DNA of 64,000 bases, from the NCBI GenBank assembly GCA_963727625.1, contig CAVSHR010000004.1:1440001-1504000 (forward strand). The letters are read 5' to 3'. Below the pieces are notes generated by a model. The model was not told where the DNA came from, ran no database searches, and was given only the letters and a program-made list of their open reading frames with translations. Shown here one piece after another: positions 20,977-31,545 of the stretch. The first letter of the stretch is position 1, and each line of letters opens with the position of its first letter. The position numbers and the translations under genes were made by a program. Source of the DNA: an uncultured delta proteobacterium. Lineage in GTDB: Bacteria > Desulfobacterota > Binatia > UBA9968.

Positions 20977-21981
20977 ATGAGAAAGCTAATAACCGCACTC
21001 GGCATCGCCGTCCAACTATTCGCAAGTGGAGCCGTCCCGACGGTGGCCGCCGAGAGATGGGTCGCCGGTTATTCCTCGATCAGCGCCGCCTAATGGACGA
21101 TCCTCACCGCAGCGAAAACCAACTTATTCGAGAAATACGGCTTGGAGGTTTCGACGGTTTACCTGGGCGGCAGCACCCGCATCGTGCAAGTGATGATCGC
21201 GGGGGATATCCAGATCGGTTCAAATCGGCGGCTCGGCGGCGCTCTTCGGCAGGGCTGCAGGCATCGACATGGCCTATATAGCGACAACCATCAACAGCAT
21301 GGCGGCACAAATCATGTCGCGCCCCGAGATCAAACAGGTCACCGATCTCAAAGGTAAGGCCATCGGCGTGACGCGACGCGGCGCGGCGCGAATACCGACT
21401 ATTGGGCGCGGTTCGGCTTGACCCGTCATGGCCTGGTGCCGGACAAGGATGTGAAAATTATCTACACCGGCGGTCTGCGCGAGACTTTAACGGCGCTGCA
21501 GCAGGGGCAAATCGCCGCGGCGGCGATGGGGCTGGGGAACTCGTTCGCGAAAATGCTCGAGCGCGAGGGTTTCCACAGGCTCATCGACATTTCCAAGCTC
21601 GGCTAGGACTTTCCATTCAACGGTTTGGCGACCACGAAGAAATATCTGCAAAGCAAGCGGCCGGTCGTCGTGAGCTTGTTGAAAGCCTATCTCGAAGCGA
21701 TCAAGTTAAACTTGGACAACAAACCGTTGAGCAAGAAAATATTAGCAGGGTACACCGGCGTCTCCGACGACCAGCTGCTAGACATCGCCCACGACATCTA
21801 TATCTTGAAAATTCGCAGCAAAGTTCCCTATCCGGTCAACAAAGGCTGGAAAACTTTGATCGAGTTTACCGCCCGCGACAACCCCAAGGTCAGCGAAGTA
21901 AGGGCCGAAGACATTCTCGATGACAGCGTGATTAAAGAATTGGATGAGAGCGGCTTTATCAAAAGCTTGGGCTTGAAATAA
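20977..21981 (+). pseudogene. ABC substrate-binding protein (NMT1/TauA-like), multiply disrupted
   Basis: ATG 20977 with signal peptide; in-frame TAA 21091-21093, frameshifts and TAG 21604-21606; fragments FEKYGLEV, DLKGKAIGVTR and ELDESGFIKSL. Confidence 0.8.
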
Positions 21982-22021
21982 TAACGGTTCCTCCGGCCCG
22001 CTCGCAGCTCCCAAATTTCTA

Positions 22022-23186
22022 GTGTAGTGACTCACGCTGTTTGTACTTTATCGAGGACGGCCTTAGCGCGGCGATATTTAGCGATGATGTCTTCAGCTTT
22101 AGCGGTCCACGCAAAGGGTTTCGGATTGTTGTTATGATGCGCAATGTAAGCTTGGATGGCGGCGATCAAGTCTGGGACCGACTTGAATACCCCTCGTCGA
22201 ATCCGTTTGTCGGTCAGATCACGGAACCAACGCTCGACCAGGTTGAGCCACGAGCTCGAAGTCGGCACAAAGTGCAGATGGAATCGGTGATGGCGTTTGA
22301 GCCAGGTTTTAACCTTGGGATGCTTATGAGTGGCGTAATTGTCCACGATCAGATGCAAGTCCAAGTGTGGCGGGGTTTGGCGATCGATCAAGTTCAAAAA
22401 CTTGATCCACTCCTGATGGCGGTGGCGATCCATGCAGGTCCCAATGACACTGCCTTCGGTCATCTCCAAAGCAGCGAACAGGGTCGTGGTGCCATTGCGC
22501 TTGTAGTCGTGGGTCAAGGTTCCCAATCGTCCCTTGACCAGGGGCAATCCCGGTTGGGTTCTGTCCAACGCTTGAACCGATGTCTTCTCATCGGCGCACA
22601 GCACCAGCGCGTGTTCGGGAGGGTTAAGATACAAACCCACCACATCGATGACTTTTTCAACAAACCGTTTGTCCCGGCTGACTTTGAAGGTCTTGTACAG
22701 GTGAGGTTTAAGACCGCTGCCGTGCCACACCCGTTGCACCATCGATTTGTCGATACCCAAGGTATCGGCCAACGTGCGTACGCTCCAGTGCGTGGCGTTA
22801 GGCGGTTTAGTTTGTGTGGTCCGCTCAATAATCACAGGCGCCATCTGTTCTCGCTGGGTCGCCTTTCGGCCACCCCGCGCAAGATCCTTCTCAATTCCCG
22901 CCACGCGCTTCTCGACAAACCGTCGCCGCCAGCGCGCGACTTGCCCGCAGTCCATCCCCAATCGCGCGGCAATCGTTTTGTTTTGTTCTCCCTTTGCCGC
23001 CAGCAAGATGATCTTGGCTCGCTTCATCACGCGCACAGCTGTGCGCCGCCCGCGGGACCACATCGTCAGGATCTTATTTTCACTTTCAGTCAGCTCAATC
23101 GATTGCGCTACTCGCATGGAACTTCCCTCCCCAAGCTTGCAACACTTAGACGAGGGATAAAATACTTTAATTCAGAGACATACCAC
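22022..23186 (-). mobile_element. IS630-family insertion sequence
   Basis: TA (CTAG context) at both ends; imperfect terminal IRs GTGTAGTGACTCA / AGAGACATACCAC. Confidence 0.8.
22032..23117 (-). CDS. IS630 family transposase
   Basis: DEKTSVQALDR, HDYKRNGTT, DNYATHK and SSWLNLVERWF. Confidence 0.95.
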   Translation of the reverse strand: MRVAQSIELTESENKILTMWSRGRRTAVRVMKRAKIILLAAKGEQNKTIAARLGMDCGQVARWRRRFVEKRVAGIEKDLARGGRKATQREQMAPVIIERTTQTKPPNATHWSVRTLADTLGIDKSMVQRVWHGSGLKPHLYKTFKVSRDKRFVEKVIDVVGLYLNPPEHALVLCADEKTSVQALDRTQPGLPLVKGRLGTLTHDYKRNGTTTLFAALEMTEGSVIGTCMDRHRHQEWIKFLNLIDRQTPPHLDLHLIVDNYATHKHPKVKTWLKRHHRFHLHFVPTSSSWLNLVERWFRDLTDKRIRRGVFKSVPDLIAAIQAYIAHHNNNPKPFAWTAKAEDIIAKYRRAKAVLDKVQTA

Positions 23187-23595
23187 TAGATCTGTCTTAC
23201 AGGGTTTGTCGAGACCGGCGCTACTCGGCATATAAATTCTGGCCGCCGAAGCCGCCGACTATGAAACCGCTGGCGAGTTGAGCTTTTTTGGACTCCTTTG
23301 CCTGCGATATTCAAAAACGGACAAAATCAACCGATTCTTTGATGCCCCGGACGGTCGAACGACGTGGAAACGATTCACAAATTCCGATTTTGCATTTCTC
23401 AAAGTTCCCATAATTCTCACAAAAAGTAGGACACCACTTCTCGGCATAATTCATGCTATTAGTTTGCCCTAACCGTTACAGATACGCAGGGAACATCATA
23501 TCCATACGTCGTGCTTGACCGACCCGCGTCGCGTTAGCCACCCGCTAATTATAAAAGAGGACACGACAAGATAGATCGCACTTTCGAGAGGCACT

Positions 23596-26109
23596 ATGAA
23601 ACGGACCTTTGGCCAAATGAATTGCTTAACGAAGCTGTCAACCGCACTGGTTGCCGGGCTCATTCTATGGAATTTTCCGGCAGGCATAAGCGTTACTTGG
23701 GCGCAAAGTAACCACCTGACCGAGCTGCGCGAGCTCGAGCATGATACCTCGCCACCGCTGGAAAAGATCCCGCCCCTTCCCCCACAGGCGGGAGCACCAC
23801 GGGTCGTTCCGCTGTACCGAACCCACGGAATCTTCGCGCGCCCGCAAGCTCAAACCGACCCGGTCCTCCAATCTTCCCCCTCCGGCGCCCTTACACCGAG
23901 CTCGGGAGGAAACTTTTCCGGGCTTGGAAAGGGCTTTTCCGGACCGCAAGGGAGTTTCACGGTTCAATATATTCCTCCGGATACCAATGGGGCGGTTGGA
24001 ACGACCCAGTACGTGCAGTGGGTTAACGCTTCGTTCGCAGTCTTTAACAAGTCAACTGGAGAGTCAACTTACGGCCCGGCTGCGGGCAACACTTTGTGGA
24101 CCGGTTTCGGCGGGCCCTGCGAGACGAATAATAGCGGCGATCCGATCGTTCAGTACGACAAGCTTGCTAATCGCTGGGTGCTGATGCAGCCGGTATTCAA
24201 GGCCCCTTACTACATCTGTGTGGCCGTTTCGACAACTTCGGACGCCAACGGCAGCTATGATCGCTACGCCTTTCCGGTGCCGAACCGACTGTTTCCTGAC
24301 TATCCAAAACTAGGCGTTTGGTCCGACGGCTACTACCTGACTTACAACCAATTTAAGGGGAATATATTTAAAGGCGCGGCAGCCTGCGTCTTGGACCGCA
24401 ACAACATGCTTCTTGGCAACGCAGCTACGATGCAATGTGGCACGATCGGTAGCAACTATGGCAGTCTTCTGCCGGCGGACCTTGACGGCGGCACGCCACC
24501 TCCCGCCGGTTCGCCAGGATATTTTCTAAATTATAACAGCAATCTTGCCTCTCTTTCTCTCTGGAATCTGTCGGTGAACTGGAACAATCCCAACAACTCC
24601 AGCCTGACCGGACCGACGAATCTCCTGGTGGCAGCTTTCAGCGAGGCCTGTGGCGGCGGCGCTTGCATCCCGCAAGCGGGGACGTCACAAAAACTTGATT
24701 CTCTCGGTGAACGGTTGATGTACCGCTTGGCGTATCGCAATTTCGGCGACCACGAGTCCATGGTCGTGAGCCATTCCGTCGATACCGGCACGGGGAGCGG
24801 TAACACAGGTACCCGGTGGTACGAACTGCGAAAAACCGGCGGCGGTTCTTTCGGGCTGTTTCAACAAGGGACCTATGCTCCGGATTCCGACTACCGCTGG
24901 ATGGGTAGCATTGCCATGGACAAGTTCGGCAATATTGGCTTGGGCTACAGCGTTTCGAGCAGCACCACGAGTCCGACGATTCGTTACACCGGACGTCTGC
25001 CCACCGATCCTCCAGGCTCAATGCAAGCTGAAAACGATCTTTTGACGGGTATCGGTCACGGCTCGCAAACGAGCTACGCCCGGTGGGGTGACTACAGCAG
25101 CATGACGATCGACCCCGTAGACGATTGCACGTTTTGGTTCACGACCGAATATCAGTCAGTCAACGGCAATGCGTGGAGCACGCGCATCGCCTCTTTCCGT
25201 TTCCCTTCTTGCGGCGGCGCCGTCGCGATATCCTCCGTCAGCCTCAACCCGACCAGCGTGGTCGGCGGTAGTTCGTCGACGGGCACAGTCACGCTCAGCG
25301 GTGCGCCTGCGGCAGACACGGTCATTTCACTTTCCAGCAGCAACGCTTCAGTAGCCCAGGTTCCCTCGAGCGTGACCGTCGCGGCCGGAGCTACGAGCGC
25401 GGACTTCAACGTCACCACCAGCCCGGTCACGACGACGACCGGAGTCAATATCACAGCCAGCTACGGCAGCTCGACGCCGAGCGCGACACTCACCGTAACC
25501 CCGCCGCTGACAGCATCCTCGGTAAGCCTTAATCCCACCAGCGTGGTCGGCGGTAATTCGTCGACTGGAACAGTGACACTCAGCGGTCTGGCTCCGGCCG
25601 GCGGTGCCAACGTTACGCTTTCCAGCAGTAATACCTCGGTGGCACAGGTTCCATCGAGCGTGACCGTCGCCTCCGGTGCCACGAGTGCAACCTTTAACGT
25701 CACGACCAGCACGGTGGCGACAACTACGGGAGTCAACATCACGGCCAACTACGGCGGCACGTCGCCGAGCGCAACTTTAACCGTGAACCCGGTGCCCGCG
25801 GGCGACTTTTCGATCTCGGTTTCGCCGGGAAATCGAACGGTCAAAGCCGGCAACAGCGCAAGCTATTCGATCACGGTGACTTCAACGGGGGGTTATGCCG
25901 GACGAGTCAATTTGGACGTAAGTGGACTGCCCAATAACGCCAGCGCGAGCGTTAGCCCGACATCTATTACCAACGGTTCCGGCGTCGCCAGTCTAACGGT
26001 GTCGACCACATCGACCACATCGAAAGGTTCCTACACGCTGACCATTAAAGGGATCGATAGCACCGGGAGTCCAAGCCACTCGACAACGACGGGCTTGAAA
26101 GTTCGATAG
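23596..26109 (+). CDS. Secreted protein: uncharacterised N-terminal domain plus two tandem Ig-like repeats and a C-terminal beta domain
   Basis: Signal peptide; PPDTNGAVG..QYVQWVN and RWGDYSSM.IDP.DDCTFW; SSVSLNPTSVVGG repeated twice. Confidence 0.8.
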   Translation: MKRTFGQMNCLTKLSTALVAGLILWNFPAGISVTWAQSNHLTELRELEHDTSPPLEKIPPLPPQAGAPRVVPLYRTHGIFARPQAQTDPVLQSSPSGALTPSSGGNFSGLGKGFSGPQGSFTVQYIPPDTNGAVGTTQYVQWVNASFAVFNKSTGESTYGPAAGNTLWTGFGGPCETNNSGDPIVQYDKLANRWVLMQPVFKAPYYICVAVSTTSDANGSYDRYAFPVPNRLFPDYPKLGVWSDGYYLTYNQFKGNIFKGAAACVLDRNNMLLGNAATMQCGTIGSNYGSLLPADLDGGTPPPAGSPGYFLNYNSNLASLSLWNLSVNWNNPNNSSLTGPTNLLVAAFSEACGGGACIPQAGTSQKLDSLGERLMYRLAYRNFGDHESMVVSHSVDTGTGSGNTGTRWYELRKTGGGSFGLFQQGTYAPDSDYRWMGSIAMDKFGNIGLGYSVSSSTTSPTIRYTGRLPTDPPGSMQAENDLLTGIGHGSQTSYARWGDYSSMTIDPVDDCTFWFTTEYQSVNGNAWSTRIASFRFPSCGGAVAISSVSLNPTSVVGGSSSTGTVTLSGAPAADTVISLSSSNASVAQVPSSVTVAAGATSADFNVTTSPVTTTTGVNITASYGSSTPSATLTVTPPLTASSVSLNPTSVVGGNSSTGTVTLSGLAPAGGANVTLSSSNTSVAQVPSSVTVASGATSATFNVTTSTVATTTGVNITANYGGTSPSATLTVNPVPAGDFSISVSPGNRTVKAGNSASYSITVTSTGGYAGRVNLDVSGLPNNASASVSPTSITNGSGVASLTVSTTSTTSKGSYTLTIKGIDSTGSPSHSTTTGLKVR
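25231..25785 (+). repeat. Two tandem ~95-codon intragenic repeats
   Basis: SSVSLNPTSVVGG.SSTGTVTLSG...PSATLTV occurs twice. Confidence 0.8.
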
Positions 26110-26184
26110 GAGAAAAACTCGGGCGCCCTGCATGCACATGCGCAATGCCTGGCAACAGAGCGCCCGATACATTCCCCCGCTACT

Positions 26185-27390
26185 TCATTGATACAAAAGC
26201 GCCGGCTCACGTTCTTCGAGCCACGCTGACTCCTCGGGCGCGGCAAGCTTTTCAAGATCGGCCGGTACTGCCGCGGGAGCGTCAACCCATTTGCGCAAAA
26301 GTTCGCCGCCGTTGATCAAATCGATCGCCAGCCGGTCGCTTTCGTACTCATAAGTGAAACTGCGCCAGAGATCGTAATCGGGGCGAAGCATTCTCAACGC
26401 CTTAAGAGCCAGTGCCATGAGACGCCATGGCCGAAACTTGTCGTGATCGTAGGCTGGATCGTCGACGTGGATTTGGATTCCCGCGCAGAGCTTGCCGGCG
26501 TGCTTGTTAAACGTCGGCTCGAACCAGCACTCGCGCAGGCGGCAGCCCCGAAGCCACTCCGGCGCAAGCATTTCCATTTTAGCAAGCAGTTCGCGCGGCT
26601 TGAGATCGGGCGCGCCGAAGAGCTCCAACGGCCGAGTGGTGCCGCGGCCTTCGGAGAGCGTCGTGCCTTCGAGCATCACCGTTCCGGCGTAGCAGCGGGC
26701 CATCGATAGATCCGCCGCGTTCGGACTGGGATTCACCCAGCTTCGCTCGCCCAATGGCCAGCCGTAGCCCGGCGCAGTGGTTGGTCTCCACCCTTCCATC
26801 GCCACGACCTCGCAGCCAATATCCAGATTCAACTTACGCACGAACCACTGCGCCAGTTCGCCTAGTGTGAGTCCGTGGCGCATCGGCAGAGGCCCTGCGC
26901 CGACAAAGCTCTCCCATCCCGGGCGAAGCTGAAGTCCTTCCACCGGCCGGCCGGCGGGATTGGGCCGGTCGAATACCCAGACCGCCTTTTTGTGCTGTGC
27001 CGCCGCTTCGAGTACATAACGCAGCGTCGTCATAAACGTGTAAACGCGGCATCCTATGTCCTGCAGATCGATCAGCAAGACGTCGAAGGTGTCCATCATA
27101 GCCGCCGTCGGCCGCCTCACCTCGCCATAAAGGCTGAAGACCGGGATGCCGTGCACCGGATCATGAAAATCCGGCGACTCGATCATGTTGTCCTGCTTGT
27201 CGCCGCGCAGCCCATGCTGCGGCCCGAACGCGGCAGCGAGCTTGATATCCCTCAAAGCCGCCAGAGCGTCGAGAGAGTGCACCAAATCACGGGTTACCGA
27301 AGCGGGATGAGCGAGTAACGCGATGCGCTTCCCGGCCAAGGATTTTCGCAGCGTCGGGTCCTCGAGGAAACGGTCGATGCCGAACTTCAT
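26185..27390 (-). CDS. Exo-beta-N-acetylmuramidase NamZ family (DUF1343)
   Basis: FGPQHG, SLYG, DLQDIGCRVYT, DRPNP, RHGLTLGE, PSPN and SEGRGTTRP. Confidence 0.9.
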   Translation of the reverse strand: MKFGIDRFLEDPTLRKSLAGKRIALLAHPASVTRDLVHSLDALAALRDIKLAAAFGPQHGLRGDKQDNMIESPDFHDPVHGIPVFSLYGEVRRPTAAMMDTFDVLLIDLQDIGCRVYTFMTTLRYVLEAAAQHKKAVWVFDRPNPAGRPVEGLQLRPGWESFVGAGPLPMRHGLTLGELAQWFVRKLNLDIGCEVVAMEGWRPTTAPGYGWPLGERSWVNPSPNAADLSMARCYAGTVMLEGTTLSEGRGTTRPLELFGAPDLKPRELLAKMEMLAPEWLRGCRLRECWFEPTFNKHAGKLCAGIQIHVDDPAYDHDKFRPWRLMALALKALRMLRPDYDLWRSFTYEYESDRLAIDLINGGELLRKWVDAPAAVPADLEKLAAPEESAWLEEREPALLYQ

Positions 27391-28070
27391 GGCTTGGCAG
27401 TATAAGCGATAGCGTCGCGGCCGGCCACCGAAGATTGGATTTCCAGGACAAAATTATCGGTATGATGAAAATCGGGCTTGCCAGGGGGATGCTTGAGCGC
27501 CCAGTAAGAAAGCCCACCGTCGCTGTCTTCGATGACCGCGGCAAGCCCAAGCCGGAGCGGGCCACCGGATTTTAGCGACGGTAGACTGCCCAGGGGTAAC
27601 GCCGCGCTCAACTCCAACTTCGCCGCTCCTTTTACCACGGCAATCTTCGGATCGAGATCGTCATCGTCAATCGGCCCGCCAATGCGGTAAGCGCGAAAGG
27701 CATACGCCGCCCATTGGCCCGAAGGAGAAAAGTTAAACTCGTAATATTCCGAATGTCCTGCGACGCCCAGAAACGCCTCAAAGCAAGTGTGCTCCCAGAG
27801 CCGATCCGCCCGTCGTGGCCACTGAAGTTCAGGAATTTGCAGACGGGAAAGGTCTCCCTTTAAAGCATACCTTAGAGAAAGCGTATCTCTGTTTATTCCG
27901 ATCTCCTGCGACTCAATTTCTATTCCATAAAGACAAGCGGTCGCCGCGTGGCAGTTAAGATTAACAACAAACAAATGGCCGTCCGTGTTAATTCGTCGGT
28001 CTTGTAACATCAGTTTATCGACGCATTCAGGTCCGGATTTTATCCTTCGCGACCATCTGCCGAAATACAC
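27387..28070 (-). CDS. DOMON-like domain protein
   Basis: LWEHTCFEAF, YYEFNFSPSG.WAAY and YWALKHP.GKPDFH; start likely downstream of 28070. Confidence 0.8.
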   Translation of the reverse strand: MYFGRWSRRIKSGPECVDKLMLQDRRINTDGHLFVVNLNCHAATACLYGIEIESQEIGINRDTLSLRYALKGDLSRLQIPELQWPRRADRLWEHTCFEAFLGVAGHSEYYEFNFSPSGQWAAYAFRAYRIGGPIDDDDLDPKIAVVKGAAKLELSAALPLGSLPSLKSGGPLRLGLAAVIEDSDGGLSYWALKHPPGKPDFHHTDNFVLEIQSSVAGRDAIAYTAKP

Positions 28071-28146
28071 TGCTCAAATCGCAACATTCATTACCATGAA
28101 TAACAGCTCCGCCGATTCCTTCGCAACAAATCAATGACTCGCAGCC

Positions 28147-28175
28147 TTGACAGCCGGATGGCCGGTCAATAGAAC
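28147..28175 (+). promoter_or_regulatory. Sigma70-type promoter overlapping a dyad (possible operator) upstream of the aldolase/decarboxylase cluster
   Basis: TTGACA-17 bp-TAGAAC; inverted repeat TTGAC...GTCAA spans 28147-28169. Confidence 0.5.
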
Positions 28176-28210
28176 CGAATCAACTATCAAACCCGGCCCA
28201 AGGAGCAATC

Positions 28211-28933
28211 ATGGCGACATCCAAGACTGATATTCCCGCTTTCGATTCCAGCAATCTCAAGGAGCTCAAGCAAAAACTCGTCGACGGCTGCCATATACTC
28301 GACCGCGAAGGCATCACCGATAGCTTCGGCCACGTAAGCGTCCGCATTCCCGGCGCCGACGCGTTTATCACTATAGCCGGGGTCAGCCCGGGCTGCGCGA
28401 CGTTGAAGCGAATCATTATGCTCGACCTCGACGGCCATTACCTTGGCGGCGACAAAGCCTCGCCCTTCGAGTGGCCTATCCACGCCCGGGTCCTGCGCGC
28501 GCGCCCCGAAGTCATGAGCGTGTGCCACACCCACTCGCGCTGGAGCGCGCTGTTCAGCGTGATCAAGGGCGGACTCCGGCCGATTCACATGTACGCAAAA
28601 TTTCTCCCGCCCGAAGGCCCGCCGGTCTATCCGGCCGCCGGCCTAATCGGTACCGTCGAGCGCGGCGAGGCGTTGGCCGAAACCTTGAAAGACAGCAACG
28701 CGGTCCTGCTGCGCGCCCACGGCGACGCCGTGGTGGGGACGACGCTCGAACAGGCGATCCAGCGCACCATCCAGCTCGCCTTTCTCGGCCAGCTCGCGCA
28801 TATGGCCGTCGCCCATGGCGAGCCGCTTTACATGAGCGAGGAGGAGCTGGCGACCTTCTCCTCCGAACCGGCGTTCCCGGCACGCCCATGGGAATATTAT
28901 TTGAGCCGGATTCGCGAGCGGCGCTCTGCTTGA
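28211..28933 (+). CDS. Class II aldolase/adducin family protein
   Basis: GHVSVR, EWPIH, HTH and LRAHG. Confidence 0.9.
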   Translation: MATSKTDIPAFDSSNLKELKQKLVDGCHILDREGITDSFGHVSVRIPGADAFITIAGVSPGCATLKRIIMLDLDGHYLGGDKASPFEWPIHARVLRARPEVMSVCHTHSRWSALFSVIKGGLRPIHMYAKFLPPEGPPVYPAAGLIGTVERGEALAETLKDSNAVLLRAHGDAVVGTTLEQAIQRTIQLAFLGQLAHMAVAHGEPLYMSEEELATFSSEPAFPARPWEYYLSRIRERRSA

Positions 28934-29006
28934 CAGCTATGCAAGCGACGCATAGATTCGCGAAACGGAATACTTCATCGTTCAATTGAGTGACTAAGGA
29001 GCGTTC

Positions 29007-29720
29007 ATGGCTGCCAAACAGGACGTGCCTAAAATCGACTCGTCCGAGCTCAAAGAATTGACCGAAAAGTTACTGACCGCCTGTCACATCCTCGATCACG
29101 AGGGCGTGACCGACGGCTATGGCCACATCAGCGCGCGCGTGCCCAACGCCGACGCGTTTATCACCATCGCCAACGTCAGCCCCGGCTGCGTCACCCGCGA
29201 TCGTTTGATCATGCAGGATCTCGACGGTAACTACCTGGACGGCGCCAAAACGCCCCCCAACGAATGGCCGATCCATTCGTGCATCTTGAGGGCGCGCCCG
29301 GAAATCGACAGTGTCGCGCATACCCATTCGAAGTGGAGCACGATCTTCAGCGTCCTGCCGATCAAGCTGAAACCGATGCACCACTACGGCAAGTTTCTCT
29401 CCGCCGACGGCCCGCCGGTGTACGAAGGCATCGGCCTGGTGCGCACGGTGGAGCGCGGCAACGAGCTGGCGGCCGCCCTCGGGGATGGGCCGGTCGTTTT
29501 GATGCGCGCCCATGGCGACGCCGTGGTCGGCGAGAGCATCGAGCAAGTTATCGAACGGACGACACGCCTCGCCATGCTCGGCGAGTGGAATCACCTGGCG
29601 CTGCTGCACGGCGAGCCGAGATACCTGACGGCGGAGGAGTTGGCAGTCTACAACGCGGATCAGCGCTTCCCGATGCGCGGCTGGGAGTATTTCGTCAGCC
29701 GGCTGAGCGGAAAGAAATAA
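29007..29720 (+). CDS. Class II aldolase/adducin family protein (tandem paralog)
   Basis: GHISAR, EWPIH, HTH and MRAHG; clearly similar to the upstream gene. Confidence 0.9.
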   Translation: MAAKQDVPKIDSSELKELTEKLLTACHILDHEGVTDGYGHISARVPNADAFITIANVSPGCVTRDRLIMQDLDGNYLDGAKTPPNEWPIHSCILRARPEIDSVAHTHSKWSTIFSVLPIKLKPMHHYGKFLSADGPPVYEGIGLVRTVERGNELAAALGDGPVVLMRAHGDAVVGESIEQVIERTTRLAMLGEWNHLALLHGEPRYLTAEELAVYNADQRFPMRGWEYFVSRLSGKK

Positions 29721-29722
29721 AC

Positions 29723-29772
29723 TGGAGTGGTGGAGCACTGGAGCGTGGTAACCCATCACTCCACCACTCCAT
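29723..29772. repeat. Inverted octamer-repeat hairpin, (TGGAG-N3)x3 ... (CACTCCA)x2
   Basis: tggagtggtggagcactggagcg...catcactccaccactccat; related repeats at 62604-62639. Confidence 0.6.
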
Positions 29773-29813
29773 GGCGCCGGTCGAGAATTTGATCCATTCA
29801 GGAGGAAAAGAAC

Positions 29814-30494
29814 ATGGCCACTTCTCAGGAATTCGTAACCCAGCTCAAAAAAGACATCCAGGCCTTTCCCAAGATCCGCATCAAGCATCCGTTCCTGAAA
29901 GCGGTGTGCAACGGCACGGCGACCTTGGATCAGATTCGCACCTGGACGATTCAAGATTATCAGTTTCGCGCCGCTGTGCCGCGCATCGCGATGCTGCGCT
30001 ATCTGGCGTGCAACGATCCTGAGATCGCGCAAAAGCTCTGGGGTGTCGTCGAAGAAGAGACTCGCGGCATGGACACCGGCAGCGCCGGCCATAACGAACT
30101 GGCAATCCGCTTCGCCGAGTCCATCGGACTCAGCCGCAGCCAGCTTGAGAATACCGAGCTGCTGCCGTCGACCGCGGCGCATCTTTACTACGTCGAGCTG
30201 ATCATTCACACCCTGCCCTGGTTTGTCGTCATGTCGATCCAGATCGGTGCCGAAGGCACTTTCGGCCCGGCGGCCGCAGCCCTCGGCAACGGATTCATCG
30301 AAAAGTACAACATGAAGCCTGAGGACGTGCGCTTTTTCACCGTCCACTCCGAAGCGGATGAAGAGCACGGCAGCCTTGCCGAGGAAATCGCCGTGCGTTA
30401 CCTCCACGCGCCGCATCTTCAGGAATTGACGCGCAAGCATAATTTCCGCCGCATGGAATTGCTTTACGACATCTGGTCGGTTGCGGGATATTAA
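29814..30494 (+). CDS. Heme-oxygenase-like iron-containing redox enzyme (TenA/PqqC/CADD fold)
   Basis: HPF, EE......H, E and FF.VH...D..H metal-ligand pattern. Confidence 0.8.
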   Translation: MATSQEFVTQLKKDIQAFPKIRIKHPFLKAVCNGTATLDQIRTWTIQDYQFRAAVPRIAMLRYLACNDPEIAQKLWGVVEEETRGMDTGSAGHNELAIRFAESIGLSRSQLENTELLPSTAAHLYYVELIIHTLPWFVVMSIQIGAEGTFGPAAAALGNGFIEKYNMKPEDVRFFTVHSEADEEHGSLAEEIAVRYLHAPHLQELTRKHNFRRMELLYDIWSVAGY

Positions 30495-30497
30495 GAG

Positions 30498-31508
30498 ATG
30501 GCGAAACTCACTTTAGGGTTCATCTCGGCGTTCAACGAGCGCGTCGAGCCTCTGATGAACGGCACCGTGCAGGCGGAAGGCATCGAGCTGATCCCGTCCT
30601 ACTCCCACCCCGCCGAAACCTTTTGGCGACAGCTCAAGTTCGGCGAGTTCGAGGTGGCGGAGATGTCGATGTCGTCGTATTTGATCGCCAAGGCGCACGG
30701 CCATGACATGATTGCGCTGCCGGTGTTTCCGAGCCGACGCTTGTTTCAAACCGAGCTGACTTATCATGTCGATTCCGGCATCACCAAACCGGAAGATCTC
30801 GCCGGCAAAAAGTTGGGTGTGGCGGAATATCAGCAAACTGCCGCGTTGTGGATTCGCGGCATTCTCGAGCACGACTTCGGCGTGTCTCAGTACAAGATTC
30901 ACTGGTACATGGAACGCAGCGAAGAAATGAGCCACGGCGGAGCCACCGGTTTCAAGCCGCCCGCGAGCATTTCGTTCAATCGGATCGCGCCGAACAAGAG
31001 CCTGGCCTCGACCCTGCTCGACAATGAACTGGACGTCGCCCACGTCGCCAGCCCCTTTGCGCTCCAAGCGAACGCCCTGGATCGCTCAAGCCGTATCACC
31101 GGCACAGGCAACTGGAGCAAAGTGCGGCCGCTGTTTCCCGACCGCATGGCCGAAGGCGCGCGCTTTTACAAACGGCATGGTTTTCTGCCGGTCAACCACG
31201 CCTACATCATTCGCGGTGATATCTATAAGAAGCATCCCTGGGTGGCGTTCAATCTTTACGCCGGTTTCGTCAAAGCCAAAGCGCTCGCCCGCGAGAAAAT
31301 GCTGGAGCGAATCCCGACCGCGCTTTTCTTTGGTCCGGAATATGCGGCGATGACTCGAGAGATGATCGGCGACGACCCGTTTCCCTTCGGCCTCAAGGCG
31401 AACAAGGCGATGCTCAAAACCATCATCGACTACTCCCACGAGCAAGGACTCACGCCGCGCAAAATGCAGGTTGAGGAGCTTTTCGCGGAAAGCACGCTGG
31501 GATTGTGA
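30498..31508 (+). CDS. 4,5-dihydroxyphthalate decarboxylase-like protein (PBP2 fold), paralog 1
   Basis: EMSMSSY, ALPVFPSR, EYQQTAALWIRGIL and YSHEQGL. Confidence 0.8.
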   Translation: MAKLTLGFISAFNERVEPLMNGTVQAEGIELIPSYSHPAETFWRQLKFGEFEVAEMSMSSYLIAKAHGHDMIALPVFPSRRLFQTELTYHVDSGITKPEDLAGKKLGVAEYQQTAALWIRGILEHDFGVSQYKIHWYMERSEEMSHGGATGFKPPASISFNRIAPNKSLASTLLDNELDVAHVASPFALQANALDRSSRITGTGNWSKVRPLFPDRMAEGARFYKRHGFLPVNHAYIIRGDIYKKHPWVAFNLYAGFVKAKALAREKMLERIPTALFFGPEYAAMTREMIGDDPFPFGLKANKAMLKTIIDYSHEQGLTPRKMQVEELFAESTLGL

Positions 31509-31545
31509 CGACGCCGCGACATCGCACCAAAGAGGCGGAATTAAG

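Noticed and set aside
22041-23189. 382-aa ORF antisense to the IS630 transposase
   Set aside because: Shadow ORF with no recognisable motifs; common opposite GC-rich transposase genes.
29070-30440. 456-aa minus-strand ORF and similar long antisense ORFs (e.g. 40164-41111)
   Set aside because: They overlap well-supported opposite-strand genes and lack motifs; GC-rich shadow frames.
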